Shown in pieces: positions 39,014 through 51,560 of a DNA stretch of 64,000 nt; positions within the stretch are counted from its first letter, which is position 1, and each line of letters opens with the position of its first letter. Source of the DNA: Moniliella sp. 'wahieum'. Lineage: Eukaryota. Where the stretch lies: assembly GCA_003971905.1 (NCBI GenBank), contig RSEE01000138.1, positions 1 through 64,000 on the forward strand, given 5' to 3'. The notes under the pieces were generated by a model. That model made no database searches, was not told the DNA's origin, and saw only the letters and a program-made list of their open reading frames with translations. The translations under genes and the position numbers were made by a program.

Positions 39014-41623
39014 GGGTGGCCTGACCCTACCCCATCTGGTCTCTTTGCCACGTGACCGGTGACCCCGTTCCCTTTCCCTCTGGTGCGGTTCGGCGGTCTG
39101 ATTCCCCTCCCCCACCCTCCCCCTTTCCGCTCTTCTGTCTCGTCTTCTTTTCTCTCTTTTCTCCTTTTGTCCTGAGGGGGTGTGATGCCGAGGGAAGGCA
39201 GAGGTAGGGGGGAGGAAGGACGCATGTGCTCCAAGGACGGGAGAAAGAGGGGGTTGTGCACTGTACGGTGCGGACGTCCGTACAGTCACTAGTCAGCCCT
39301 CTTCTCGTCTTGGACGCCCGCGCTCCTTTCTTTTTCTCCTTACCCTTTCTCCTTCTGTTTCTCTCGTCGCCGTCACGCGTCTCGCTTGGACCTCTTGTTG
39401 CTCGGATTCTCTTTTCCCCTCCCTATCCCCCTATCCCCCTATCCCCTTATCCCCCTGCCCCCGCAGACCCAGCCGCGTGGGCGCGTCGCGCTCGCCCTGG
39501 CTGGTAGGTAGCTTATGTGTGTTTCTTCTTTTTTTCGTTCTCAGCACCTGTGCGTAGGCACGTTTCTTTTTTTTCTCGGTATATTTTGGTACGAACCGGT
39601 TGGACAGGCTTGCGCGCGTAGCACCTCACAGTTTGGACCGTTGTGAGTCACTTTCAAGGTGGTTGTGCTTTCTGCGTATTGGTTTCTTGCACCTTCAGGA
39701 GTCAGGTGCATACCGACGCTCGCTCCGCTCAGCTCAGCTCAGCTCAGCCCATCATCCATCTAAAATCTCATTAATCATTTCTCATTGCCATCCAATTCCC
39801 ACGTGCTTTCCTGCGCAAACTCTCTGTCGGTATAATTGCATCCTCTCGGTCGGTATAATTGCATCGCTATCTCGCTGTATGGCCATGTTCTTTTAAGCAC
39901 CGCCGGCTTGGTGCGGGGGAGGGGGGGGGCACGGATGGACTAGATAGGGGGACTTGCGTGGGGTATTGGCAGGGCTGTTGAGCGGCTGAGCCACAGCGCT
40001 GAGGCTGCTGAGCGCTGAGGCTGCCTAGCTAGCACTGAAGTGCGTCCGAGATAACGTTAGCGTCGTCCGTTCGGCGTCGTACTCCGTACCCCGTAAGTGC
40101 GCAGCCGCGCGTGCATCCGCCTCGTCCTCGGTCCTCTGCGTCCGATGGGATGGGAGACGTGAGATGTGAGATGTGAAAGGAGATCATCGGGATGGATTGG
40201 TATCTATCTACGCGAGTCGTAATAGGAAGCGGGTCCATGGTGAACGGTTAACTTATGCCGGGTAAAAACGGTTAACGAGGCCAAGGATTAAGGATAGGCC
40301 GTCAAGCGTCAAGCTTCAAGCTTCCAGTTGGTTGAAGCTTCATCGACAATGGGCAGGGCAGTTGGCATAACGTTTGGGGGTTTGGCGACACGGGTAATAC
40401 AGCTTGAGGCTGTCTGAAGCTTGAAGCTCGAGGAGCGATAATGGACGAGTCGATAAGATCGATCCTTGACAATCGATGCCGAGAACATGGAAAACATTAT
40501 GGAACATGGAACAGGGGGTTCCTATTCGCTGTACCTAGTCCATGGGGAGGGTTCGAGGTGTATCTCGCGCTATCGATGACTAGATGACTGAGTGCCGAAA
40601 GCTGAGTACTGAGGCTGTGCTGCGCTGGCGCATGCGTGTCTGGGCGTGACGTGGGAATGAGAGGAGTATACTCAGTCACTCAGCCTCAGCGCCTCAGTAT
40701 TCGAAGAGCCCAATGAATAACTAAGGGGGTGAAGCTGAAGAAAATGAACCCGCGTCTTCAACGTTCTAACACCGTCATAATGTATGACCAGTTCGAGTTT
40801 ACCTCCGCAAGCCCACCCCGAAAGGGAAAGGGAAAGGGAAAGGAAAAGGGAAAGGGAAAGGGAAAGGAGCACCAAAGCAACAATACCAAGTGCACCCCCC
40901 CCCCCCCCCCCTTCCCCTCTCCTCAAAAAAGAGCCGGGGGTTAGCTAGCTTGATGCATGGAGGGGAAGGAGAGACAGAGGACCATCGATGCGATCGTCAT
41001 CGTAATGTAGTGTATACTACGGGGCACAGTCGAGAGTCCAACGACGGACGGGAAACGAGGTACTACTTAGTACTACTAAAGCCTAAGGCAGGGTCATCGG
41101 ACCATTGGTTCATCCATTCATCCATTCATCCATTCATCGTTCATCGTTGATCATTGTGATTGGTCCTCAGGCTGAGATGTGAACGTCTCGCCGTTCAACC
41201 TTCAGCCCTAGACCATCACGTGCGTCACGCGCCCCCCGAAGACGAAGACAAAAGACGTAGACAAAAGACAAAAGACAGAAGACATCAAAAACAGAAGACA
41301 GAAGACAGAGTGCAAAGTGCGACAGGAGTCGTCCACCTGGCCATGGAAGCAAAAGCAAAAGAAGTGGGGTGCGGGAGGACAGCAGGACGAGGCAAAGGAT
41401 TTTGAGCTTGGAGAAAGTGGAAGAGCGCAGTAGGGAGAAAAACGTATTGGAACAGGTTGGATTTGGAGGTTGAGAGCGGTGAGACTCAGCTGTTAGGTGG
41501 GAGAGAAACATGGAAGCGCTGTGGGTATTAGGCACCCAAGCCAGCGGGAGAGCAAACAACCAAACAAGTGTACATGGCCCAGCGTAAAGCGGGAACCGCG
41601 ACCAAAAGCGGGAGAGGTTCCAC

Positions 41624-42447
41624 TTAGGCATTAGGGATTGGGGTAATGTAGTCGTTAAAGGGGAAACAGAACAAGTTGCGGGTAGTGTCCTGGGTGCGAG
41701 TCCACTGAATGGACCGGTGGTCGTTAGTGGAGAAGCTAGGCGTGTAACCGTTCACGCCCTTGTCCAAGGGCTTGTCACCAACAAAGTAAATGTGCCAGTA
41801 CCCCCACTCGCCATTGGGACCGGACGTTTGGAAGGAGATGCCAAACAGTTGCGGTGCCAAGGCGTCCTTATCATCGTCGTACGTGCAGGGTGCGCCGCGC
41901 GAAATGGCCAGTTTGCGCACCGTCTTCCCAGTGCACAGCGTGCAGACACCGCGATGGCGTTCCGGCCGGACGAAGGAGACCAAACGCACTGGCTTGGGAC
42001 TTGTCGTCGGAGGACCAGCTGACCTTGTCGGAGAAGCCAAAGGCGTTGGAACCGATGAGTTGGAACTCAAACTGCTCGGCCGTTGCGTTGTGGCCGTCCT
42101 ATACAACACGCACATCCACAAGCAAAGCAACCCGGAAAAGACAAAAAGTCAGTCGCATGTGTGGTGGGTGCGAAGAGGAAGGAGGAAGGCGGCGGGAGAG
42201 AGAGAGATACATACGGGGTAGGCGTCGAGGACGCGGTAGCCTTGGGTGTCGCGTGCGTCGGGGTCGAGGGTGACGTTGGTGGTGTGGTAGTCCTGGCTGT
42301 GGCCGTCGTACCAGGTATTGATGATGAGCGGGAAGGAGCCCAGGTTGGCGCCAAAGCTGACCTGGTCGCGCTTGGCGAGCGGGCGGCGGCGGTGCCGGTG
42401 GCGGCGAGGGTGGCGAGAGCGAGGGCCGAGGCGAGGCGGGCGACCAT
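41624..42447 (-). CDS. Predicted secreted protein of unknown function (signal peptide, Kex2-type LAKR site, one intron, indels)
   Basis: MVARLASALALATLAATGTAA...PLAKR-DQVSFG, a GTATGT donor near 42213, and a coherent second exon ending ...DYITPIPNA*. Confidence 0.7.
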
Positions 42448-42448
42448 G

Positions 42449-42536
42449 GTGTGGGTGTGGGTGTGGGTGTGGGTGTGGGTGTGGGTGTGGGTGTGGGTGT
42501 GGGTGTGGGTGTGGGTGTGGGTGGGGTGTGGGTGTG
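42449..42536 (+). repeat. (GGGTGT)n hexamer array directly upstream of the secreted-protein ATG
   Basis: About 14 near-perfect units. Confidence 0.95.
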
Positions 42537-44511
42537 GAGGGAAGATGGAGACGATGAGCGCGGGGGGGGTTAAGTAAAATGGGCCCAGAGAGGATGGGCA
42601 AAGCCACGGCCAAGTGGGCTTGGCTGGTATAACAGAGGAGGCTATCGTTGGGCCAGCGCCAAGCCGCGCACCAGCCGCACCACACTTACAAGAGGAGACG
42701 TGTGACGTCACCCTCGCGCGCCCGGGGCGCCTGAGCCCCCCCGCGGCATTCCGCCGTGCGAGGCGCCCCGCAGATCGTCCCCCCGGAGTTCCGCAGCAGC
42801 GGGGTGGATGTGGTTGGGCCAGGACATACAGAGTGCGCCGTGCGAGGGCGCTTACCGCTGACCGCTTCGTGGCCATCCCTGACTCTCGGCCCGATTCTAA
42901 GTGGGGTGCTCAGGATGGATGATCGATGACGAGTGCTCGCGACTACTATAGGACTGGCTCGGAGGAGGATGGATGATGGCTGTGATGTTGTCTTTTTCAT
43001 TCCGACGCTCGAGACGCCTACGGCCGAACACGCCCACGGCAGCCCAACATGATGCATGAACACCGCCTCGCTCGCCGCGGACCAGAAGAGGGCTTGGCGC
43101 TTGGCTCTTCTGCGTTGTACGTACTAGCCCCCTGCCCTCCCGCTCGCTCCCCGGGGCTGATCCAGTTCCGGTTCTACGATTCTCATCCCTCATCTCGCAT
43201 GCCCCCCCTAAGTTTGCTCCCTGGTGTAGTTATTCATGTGCTCTTGCTCACATTTCTGCCCGATTCTCGGTGCTGATTAATGATTGTTCCCCCCCGCTAC
43301 ACCACATGTCATTGCATGTCATATCCCATCCCCCATGCCCGCCCAAGTCCGATCGTCATCTTTCCCGCAGTCACTACTAGTCGTCCTCTTGCATTTTGCC
43401 ATTGTTTCAGTCCCGCCTTGGCAGAAACGACTCGCTCCTGCGCTGAATCGATTTCGCCGTGTGTGTCGGTGTGCGATCCGTAGTTAGTAGACCGTACGCC
43501 CGCCGTCGGAGCGACTTGGCAACCCACTCGCTCGCCTCACGTTGTAGGAGCTCCGCCCCAAAGGGTTGATGTATGATGACATGGACATGTGACAGAGGAT
43601 ACGTATAAACAATGATCCTCATCCGTCTCTCGTGGTCAGATATCTATGACAAACCGGATCAACCAAACCTCCACCGTCGGAGCGCAACGACTGTGGCACG
43701 TGCACAGCCATTGATCGCGTAGACACCTCGCCGGTCGTCATGGTTATATTATACGCCATTGAGCACAGAGTATATACTGCCTAGCGACGCAAGGCATGCT
43801 GCGCCCAAGGGGCCGAAAACCGAACGCAACTGCCCTGGGAGCGCGAGAAACCCTCCGACAGGCGGCATCTCCTCCGTCGCCGGCCCACCGATGGCTCACC
43901 GGCGCCAAGTATATCCCGACTAGTATGCGCAAAGCCCCCAACCACAAGTATATGGAGGAGCGTATACGCCGTAATACAGAGTGTTAGGTGGTTTAAACAA
44001 CTTACCAACAAAAGCTTCAGGGCACGTTTCTCCTCCGACCTCGGATTTCCGCGTTGCCATCGCGCCAGGCCCCTAGGGACGGGGGTCGTCCCCACTCCGC
44101 TCTCTTCGTGGGACGCTCCCCTGAAGAAGGGGACGAGGTAGATGTGGTGGTGCGGCGAGCATATCGGTAGCGGGGGACAGAGCCTATAGTGCTGTGGGAA
44201 TGTTGCATGTAGCATGTTGCATGATACGTCGAAGGCCGGGTGGTAGTAACTATAGGAGCCCCCATCTCTCCCCAATTCCCCGACTGGCACAAGCTTTGCA
44301 TGTATTCAGGCGCCCGTTGTCCGGCGTGGGGACAGTGGGGACAAAAGCCTTACCCCCTTCCCAGGTCCAGAAGACGACATAATTTAGGGTGCCGGCAGCG
44401 AGCGGGCATGGGCCGACGGGCCAACGGAGCTGGCCAATCTCCTTGCGTGTTCGCTGCTCCCAAGAAAAACAAGACTTTTTTTGCACTCGATCGCACCCCC
44501 GTGGAAAACCA

Positions 44512-44575
44512 AGGAAGGAAGGAGGAAGGAAGGAAGGAAGGAAGGAAGGAGGGAAGGAAGGAGGGAAGGAAGGAG
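44512..44575 (+). repeat. (GGAA)n purine tract
   Basis: Imperfect tetramer run. Confidence 0.9.
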
Positions 44576-45176
44576 GGGCGACAGCCGCTTTGCCACACAT
44601 TGAGCCAGCCGCCTGCCAGTTCTACGCCGAGAGAAGCCTCTCTCTGTGCCTAGCCACTCGGATTGACCAACACCCCTACCAATACCAATAACACCGACAA
44701 TCATAAAGCATCCAGCCCAACGGAAAAGCATTGGCCTACCGTGTGCGTTCTCAGGGTGGTGGGTTGTGGTACGCTTCGTAACCAGTGTTCCGCGCCTGGG
44801 ATAGGGCTGGGATGTGCGCTGGGTAGAGTGGTGTAACCAAACCACAATATAACAACCAAACCAATATAACAACCACAACCCAAGGGCTAAGGCCTGCCAG
44901 GGCTAGGGTTATCCTGCGCAGCCCCCTCGCTGGGCGCGGTGTACGTAAGCGGCATGCCAACGTGGCAGCTGCCCGCGGCTGGGTGGGACAGCCTGGGGGC
45001 GGATGCGCTGTGCTGCGGGCGAGCGAGGGCGGATGGGAGCAGCCCAAGCCGAAGCAGCCGCGACCTCTCGAGCGGCCTTCTCCCCATCCTCCTTCTCCTT
45101 CTCCGCTCCTCCCTGTCGACTGCTCCTTTGTTTCCACCGTTGTTTGCGTCTTGTCCTCTCGCTTGGTTCGCCCACC

Positions 45177-46791
45177 ATGTCGGAGAAGAGCGTGCTGGAG
45201 AAGCTGGATGCGCTGCCCAAGATGCGCCAGTTTGATGCGTTTCCCAAGGTACGTGCTTGGCTGTCGTGTGCCTGCTGTGTGCCTGCTGTGTGCCTGTCGT
45301 GTGCGTCTTGTGGCGCGCCTGCCCGCCCCTGCCCATGCAGAGACACGGCGTGGGCAGCAGGGGGGAGCGGAGATGTGGCATGCGGGTGCGGGTGTGCGAA
45401 GGTGGATGCTGACGCGGCCGGGAATTGGTGTTGGTGTTGGTGTTGGTGTTTTATGTGTGGTTGTGGTGGGATGGCTGGATGTGTGACTGGGCTACGTGGG
45501 CTGGCAGACGCAAGCGCTGTACCAGAACGGTCATCAAAAGGCGGACTGTGGACGCTAGTGGCGTACTGACGTTAGCGGTGCTGTTGGTGGTGGAGCTAAC
45601 GCGATTTTGGGGAAAGAGCACGTGTACGATTTTGTGGTGGACAATGAGGTGCACCATGACATGCAAGTCACTTGGATGTGACGGTGGCGATGCCATGCAA
45701 TTTTTATCTGTGGATGTACGGGATGCAGTGAGCGACCTGTTGCACGTGTCGGACCAAGAGTTTCGACGGGACGGAACGACATTTGAGTTGGGCCAAGCGG
45801 GGCGGTTGGATTCCTTACCTGTGCACGACCTGTTACGTTCGGCGCGTGCCAAAGCGCTGAACGATGCTGGTGGACTCTTGTTCCACAACCCGTCCAAGAA
45901 ACGCCTGCGCAAAGAGTTTGGTCCCAAACGGTTTGCCAAGACGAAACATCTGGTCGAAAATGGCCCAGCGTGCCGGATTTACGGTTCGATGGTGGTCAAA
46001 AAGGTCACGGGCAACTTGCACATTACCACCTTGGGACATGGCTACCTCTTCTCCCCTACCCACACAGACCACGACAGTACGTCCCTTCTACTTCTACTTC
46101 TACTTGTCCTTCTCTTCTCCTTCTTGCTTCTTGTGTGGGCGGCTCGCAGTGGCCTTCCGACCAACCCAAACTAACCTAACCTGGACCTGGGTTTTTTTTT
46201 TCTCTGTAGATGAACTTATCGCACGTGTTTCATGATCTGAGTTTTGGGCCGTACTTCCCCAACATTGCGCAGCCGCTCGAGTCGATCCAAGAAGTGACCG
46301 AGCAACATTTCCGATCGTACCAGTACTTTACCACGATCGTGCCTACGCTCTACTACAACACCTGGGGCCGCAGTTTACGTACGAACCAGTACAGTGTGAC
46401 GGACTATGCGCGTACCGTGCGGCACGGCCAAGGGGTTCCCGGTATCTTTATCAAGTACGAGATTGATCCGTTGACTATGGTGATACGGGAACATGCTATG
46501 CCGCTCACTACGTTTCTCGTTCGCTTGGCGGCCATTTTGGGGGGCGCATGGGTGTGTCTCAATATGGCGTACCGCGTCACGATGCGCGTCGAACAAGTTG
46601 CTCACAACCTTGTTGAAGCGCGCGAAGAGGCCGGCCAAAGTTCCGGCACGGGCTTGGCCTCGGCCGCGCAGTACACGTCAGTCCCCAGTCTGGGCCTGGG
46701 GGCACGCGTGCGCGAGTGGGGCGCGCCTTCGCACGGTCGTAGCGACTCGGTGATGCAGAAATTGTATGCCGAGGAAGGTAGGCCGTACTAA
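45177..46791 (+). CDS. ERV41: ER-Golgi COPII vesicle protein Erv41/ERGIC2-like
   Basis: Motifs RQFDAFPK, SSKGG, LSVDVRDAVSD, GPACRIYGSM.VKKVTGNLHITTLGHGY, MNLSH...SFGPYFP, NQYSVTDY and GVPGIFIKYEIDP. Introns start at 45249 and 46077. Confidence 0.88.
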
Positions 46792-47057
46792 GTTGCCATT
46801 ACCGTTCTCGCTTGCTCTGCGCACTGCCTCGACAAAATCCAAATTCTTCTTGTGTCACACGCATTCTGGTCTCTGTCACCGTCGTAGGAAAAAGAGCGCA
46901 TGCAGGAGGTGCAGTGGGGGGGTTCAGAAGCGAGGAGAGAGAGAAAGCAATGTGATAGATACGAGAACAGGAGGATGCTACCCCAACAAAGCAAGGGGGG
47001 GGTTAAAGGAGAAAGAGGACGAGGAGGGGGGAGGGGGCAAGGAAGGAAATAATATGC

Positions 47058-48336
47058 TTAAGGAACCAGCACCTTGATTTGCTCAATAATTTCGTTGTAC
47101 GCCACTGACGCGGGCGAGTCGGGGAAATGGTGGACAAAGCTTTGTCCCAAATCGCAGCACTTGCCAATCCGGGGGTCGAGCGGGACGGAGCCAAGAAAGG
47201 GCAAGTGCAATTCCTCGCACAGCGCCTTAGCCCCGCCTGTCGAAGGGAAAAATACGTCGGACCTACCATGGCAGGCGGGACAGACAAAGCCCGCCATGTT
47301 CTCCACCACACCTAGGATAGGCACGTTGGTCTTGCGACAAAACGACACTTGTTTCCTCACATCTTGCAGCGCGACTCTTGTGGCGTCGTGACCAACACGG
47401 CGCCTGCAAAGCCATCCTGGTTGGCCTGGCGGAGATAAGAGACAATGGACAGGTGCTCGTCGGTCGTGCCCGGCGGCGTATCGACCAACATGTAATCAAT
47501 CGCCGCAGCGGCGGCGGCATCTGTTTCCCCCATCTGCTCCGCATCACTCTTTTCGTCGTCGGTGAGATCGTGCTCGGCGCCGGCGCCGGTCCAATCGACG
47601 TCTTTGAGGAACTGCTTGATCAACGCATTCTTCTTCGCCCCGCGCCAAATCACCGCCGTCGTCGCCGAAGGCAACAGGAACCCGACCGACATGGCACACA
47701 GGCTGTCTGATACATACACCGGAGACCAGCCCGAGGCCGAGGCATGCACCTGCGCCGATGTGAGACCCAGGACAGTCGGGATCGAGGGTCCGCAAATATC
47801 AATGTCCATCACGGCCGTCTGGCACGGCTCGTACTCCTCCTCCTCCTCCTCCTCCTCCTCCTCGTCGTATTGTTCGTCGTCCTGCTCGGCACGCTCGTGT
47901 TGGTGGGTAGAGGTAGGGTGCGGGACGGACGGGGGGGAAGCAGCTGCGGCCGGGTGGAGCGAGCGTGGCGAAGCAGGGGGCCAAACGGGGCGGGGGGACT
48001 CGGAGAGGGCCCAAGCGAGTTGGGCGGTGAATGTGGACTTGCCCACGCCGCCTTTGCCCGACATGACGAGGATGGTGCGGCGGACGTGGCGCAAGCGTTT
48101 GGCGATGATGGGCAGGTCGGGATCGGGGCCCTTGGGCGCAGATGCGCACGCGGCCTGGTTCGCACACCCGGCGCACGCAGCGGCCTTGCCGGCCTGCTGG
48201 CTGTCGAGGCCCGGACACGCTTCGGGCGCGTTCTCGGGGACGGTGTCGGCGCGGAGCTGGGCGGTGGTTGTGGCGGCCGGTGTGGGGGGGATGTGCGGGC
48301 GGACGGGAGGGGCACGGGGGGCTGGACGGCGAGCAT
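47058..48336 (-). CDS. NBP35: Cytosolic Fe-S cluster assembly scaffold Nbp35
   Basis: N-terminal [63 protein letters not shown] and [13 protein letters not shown]. Confidence 0.95.
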
Positions 48337-48649
48337 GGCGAGTGGGATGGCGGTGGCGATGGCGATGGGATGGGCGTGGCAGCAGCAGATGTGGCAAACA
48401 AAAACCAGTGGCAACGCCGGAGTTAAGCGCCGCCAGCGCTTGCCCACAAAAACGCCGCCCCGGGGCGGAAAGTTTCAACGGCACGCTGCAAATTGAAACG
48501 GCACGGCGGAATACCCCGCGGGCGGAATAGGCGGGTGGCGCTGGCGCATGGAATGCGGGGGTGCAGTAAGTACTAAGTGTGCTCCACACGACCGGTGCGC
48601 TGCAGTTCTCCGCTGCGGCATGCACGGCAGGGGGGCAGTGCAGCTTAAT

Positions 48650-48740
48650 CTGCTTGTACTTACTAATGCTATACTGCTTGTACTGCTTGTGCTTATACGA
48701 ATGCTACTGCTTGTGCTACTGCTTGTGCTGCAGCTGCTGC
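48650..48740 (+). repeat. Degenerate (CTACTGCTTGTR)-type repeats between NBP35 and the RRM gene
   Basis: TGCTTGT recurs five times. Confidence 0.7.
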
Positions 48741-48988
48741 ATGCCAGCCCCCGCCAAGGTGGACCCCCTCCCACCAGCAGCGCCCCGCGCCCGCCATGCA
48801 CAGACACCCCCCTGCATGCGCCCGCTGCATGCGCCTCCTCCTTTCATGTGCGCCTCCTCCTCCTCCTTCTCCTTCTCCACACCACCATCTCCCCTCCCCC
48901 TCCCCTCCTCCCCGTCACCGCGCATGCCGCCCACCGCGCCCCCTCCTGCCCCCGCCCCCGCCCCCACACCTTTGTCCCAGCAGACCCC

Positions 48989-51560
48989 ATGCGCTCCTTG
49001 CGTCCCACCGACGTCTGGGCCGACACGCAAGCCGTACGCGACGCGCGCTGGAGCCCCTTGCCCACCCCCATCAACCCCCCTCCTGCGCCCCAGCCAACCA
49101 GCCACAGTAGCCCCCGCATCCGCCTCCCTCCGCTCGCGCTGCTCCAGGAGCCCGCTTCTTCCTCCCCCTGTCACCCCTTTCCTTGGCGCGTCTCCCCTCG
49201 CCCACTGCCCCAGTGCCCGCCGGCGCGCACGACCTCCCTTCGTCTCCCCTGCACCCTCTCGACGCATCCAAATGGGCCCAGCTCGAGGACAGGAGCACGC
49301 GAGCACAGCGTGCCTGGCTCCCTCGCTCCTTCGACCCGCCCTTACGCGACCCGAGCGGCTGGTTGGACCTCCCCTCTCCCGCATCCATCTTGGATCTCGA
49401 ACGGCCGTCTTCTTCAGACGGGTTCCCTCCCCTTGGACCCGACGACGCTTGGCTCGATGCCCAGTTTGGCCGGATGAGCCTATCGAGCCATCCGCCGTCG
49501 TTTGAGCACACCCTTTGCCCCCCACGGGTACTACCGACTGCTGGTCTTCGTGCCCGGAAGACGCGGTACTCTCCGTCCCGCGTTCCACCTCGTTCCCCTT
49601 CCCGCTCCCGTCCAAGACCAGTCCCTGGCACAGCACGTCCACACCGCGCGACACGTCCATCTCTGTGCCCGCGGCTCGGCCCCAGAGTTCTCACTGGCTC
49701 GAACTCCCCGCTGGCTGGGGCGAACGGTCAGGTGGGGTGGGGGAGCACCAACGGTCCGAGCACCAAGTGCAGATTGGGACGAAGTGCGGGACGTGCGTGG
49801 GGAATGTGCAGTGCCGTTGTGTGCTGTGCCGCCGCCTCGGAAAAAGGGACAATTTGAACACCATCGTAGTCCGCCCACCCCGCCGCCCTTGGACCCGTGC
49901 GCAACATCTACGTCACCTTGTTGCCCAGACGATGACGGAAGGTCTGGGCACGTTGGCTGGGCAGTACGGTGTGATCGAGTCGCACAAGGCCATAATTGAT
50001 CCCGATAAGGGCGAGTGCAAAGGATTTGGGTTTGTCATGTACGCTTCGGTGGCCGAAGCGCATCGGGCGATTGAGCAATTGAACTTGGCTGGCTACCAGG
50101 CGAGTCCGGCCAAAGCCAGCTTTACCTCTACCTTGCGCAAGTACGCCGACAAGGATTCTCGGAACCTCTACTTGCATGGGATTCCCATCGAGTACAACGA
50201 GAGTGCAGTCCGTCTCCTTCTCCGACCACATACGGTCGTGAGTATTCGCATCCTGACCGATTCCGATGGTCGCTCGCGCGGGATCGCCTTGGCCCGTCTC
50301 TTGACCCATGAAGCTGCGCTCAGCTGTAAGAACGGGTTGCATGGAATGGTACGTGTGTGTCCTCCTCCCACTCTTGGCCCCTTGTTCTTTGTTGCTGCCT
50401 CTCCGACTGCCGGCTGTATGGCCAGTATCACTAATATCACTAACCAACTCGCTTGGGTCGATTTCCATCCCGGTAGCGTTTCCCCGATGGCGAGACGCTC
50501 GTTGTCCGCTTTGCAGACTCGGAGACCCAACGTAAACTGAAACGGTGTGTGTTGGGTCCAGCCGTCGCGTCGACGGACAAAATGTCGCACATGAGCGCTG
50601 GCAGTTCTTCCTCCGGTACGGGCACGGGTACGGGCACGAGTACAGGTACGGGTGCAGGCACAGCTGCAAGTACAGGTGCAAGTATATTAGGTGCAAGTAC
50701 GGGTACGGGTACAAGTACAAATTCGGACGAGCGATCGGTGTCAGTGTCGGTGGCGGGACTTGGGACGGACACTCGGTTGTTGGATGTGTTTCCTCCCGTT
50801 CCGTATGGGGGTGGAGAGTATGGAGTGGCGCGTCCGCGCGTGGGCTCGGGGGGCTAGTGGGGGACTCGTCCTGGGACCGATTGGGGTCGAGCTTGGACCG
50901 CTGGCCACCCGACCTGGAGCGACCCAAGTTTGTTTGATTAATGACCCCCCCCCCCCATTAGGTCTCCATTGGGTTCTCCTGGGTCCCGTCCGTTTCGGGT
51001 CTTGTTGGCCCGAATCCTGATCTTGAACCTACTTGACCTTGACTTTGATTTTGACTTTGATTTTGAGTTTGGTTTCGCTCTTGTTCCCGTTTCGTTCGCG
51101 CCCATGATCTCGTCCTCAAAAGTGGCTAGTGAGGGGTTTCACCACTGGCGGCTATTGGTTTTTTCTATGTTCTTTGTTCTTGATCTTTTTCTTCTCCTTT
51201 CTCGCTTTGGCATTTTGAACTCGCACCGTCCCGTCCGTCGCCAGTCAGCCGCACCCACTTCCCTTGCCTCGCTTGCAGCATACACCCACACCCCATCCGT
51301 CATGCCTGCTACGTCCTACTCGATCTCTCCCTTCTTCGCACCTACACCCACATCTACACACGGCACGCATGCCATCATGAGCGCCACACCACATACTGCT
51401 ACTGCGTCCCACACCTACCGCATACTACCTACTGCATACTACCTACCGCATACGGCATACCAAGCCAAACCACGACCACCTGCATTGACACCCGCCCCCG
51501 CACACTGCCTTCTCCGACTGCCCTATTCCTATATGTCCCCGTCATCTACACCGCGTGATG
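48989..51560 (+). CDS. Two-RRM RNA-binding protein (RBMS/Spo5-like); ends approximate
   Basis: NIYV, YGVIESHKAIID...CKGFGFVMY (RNP1), NLYLHGIP, SIRILTD..GRSRGIALARL and VRFADSETQRKLKR, with a Pro/Ser-rich N-terminus. Confidence 0.75.

Noticed and set aside
42449..42536. Interstitial TG1-3 telomere
   Set aside because: A regular hexamer like many other microsatellites here; the expected telomere is TTAGGG.
24973..48336. Pseudogene or programmed-frameshift calls for CDC12, NBP35, DOA4 and others
   Set aside because: Catalytic motifs are intact and indels are scattered with no common slippery signal; sequencing error is simpler.
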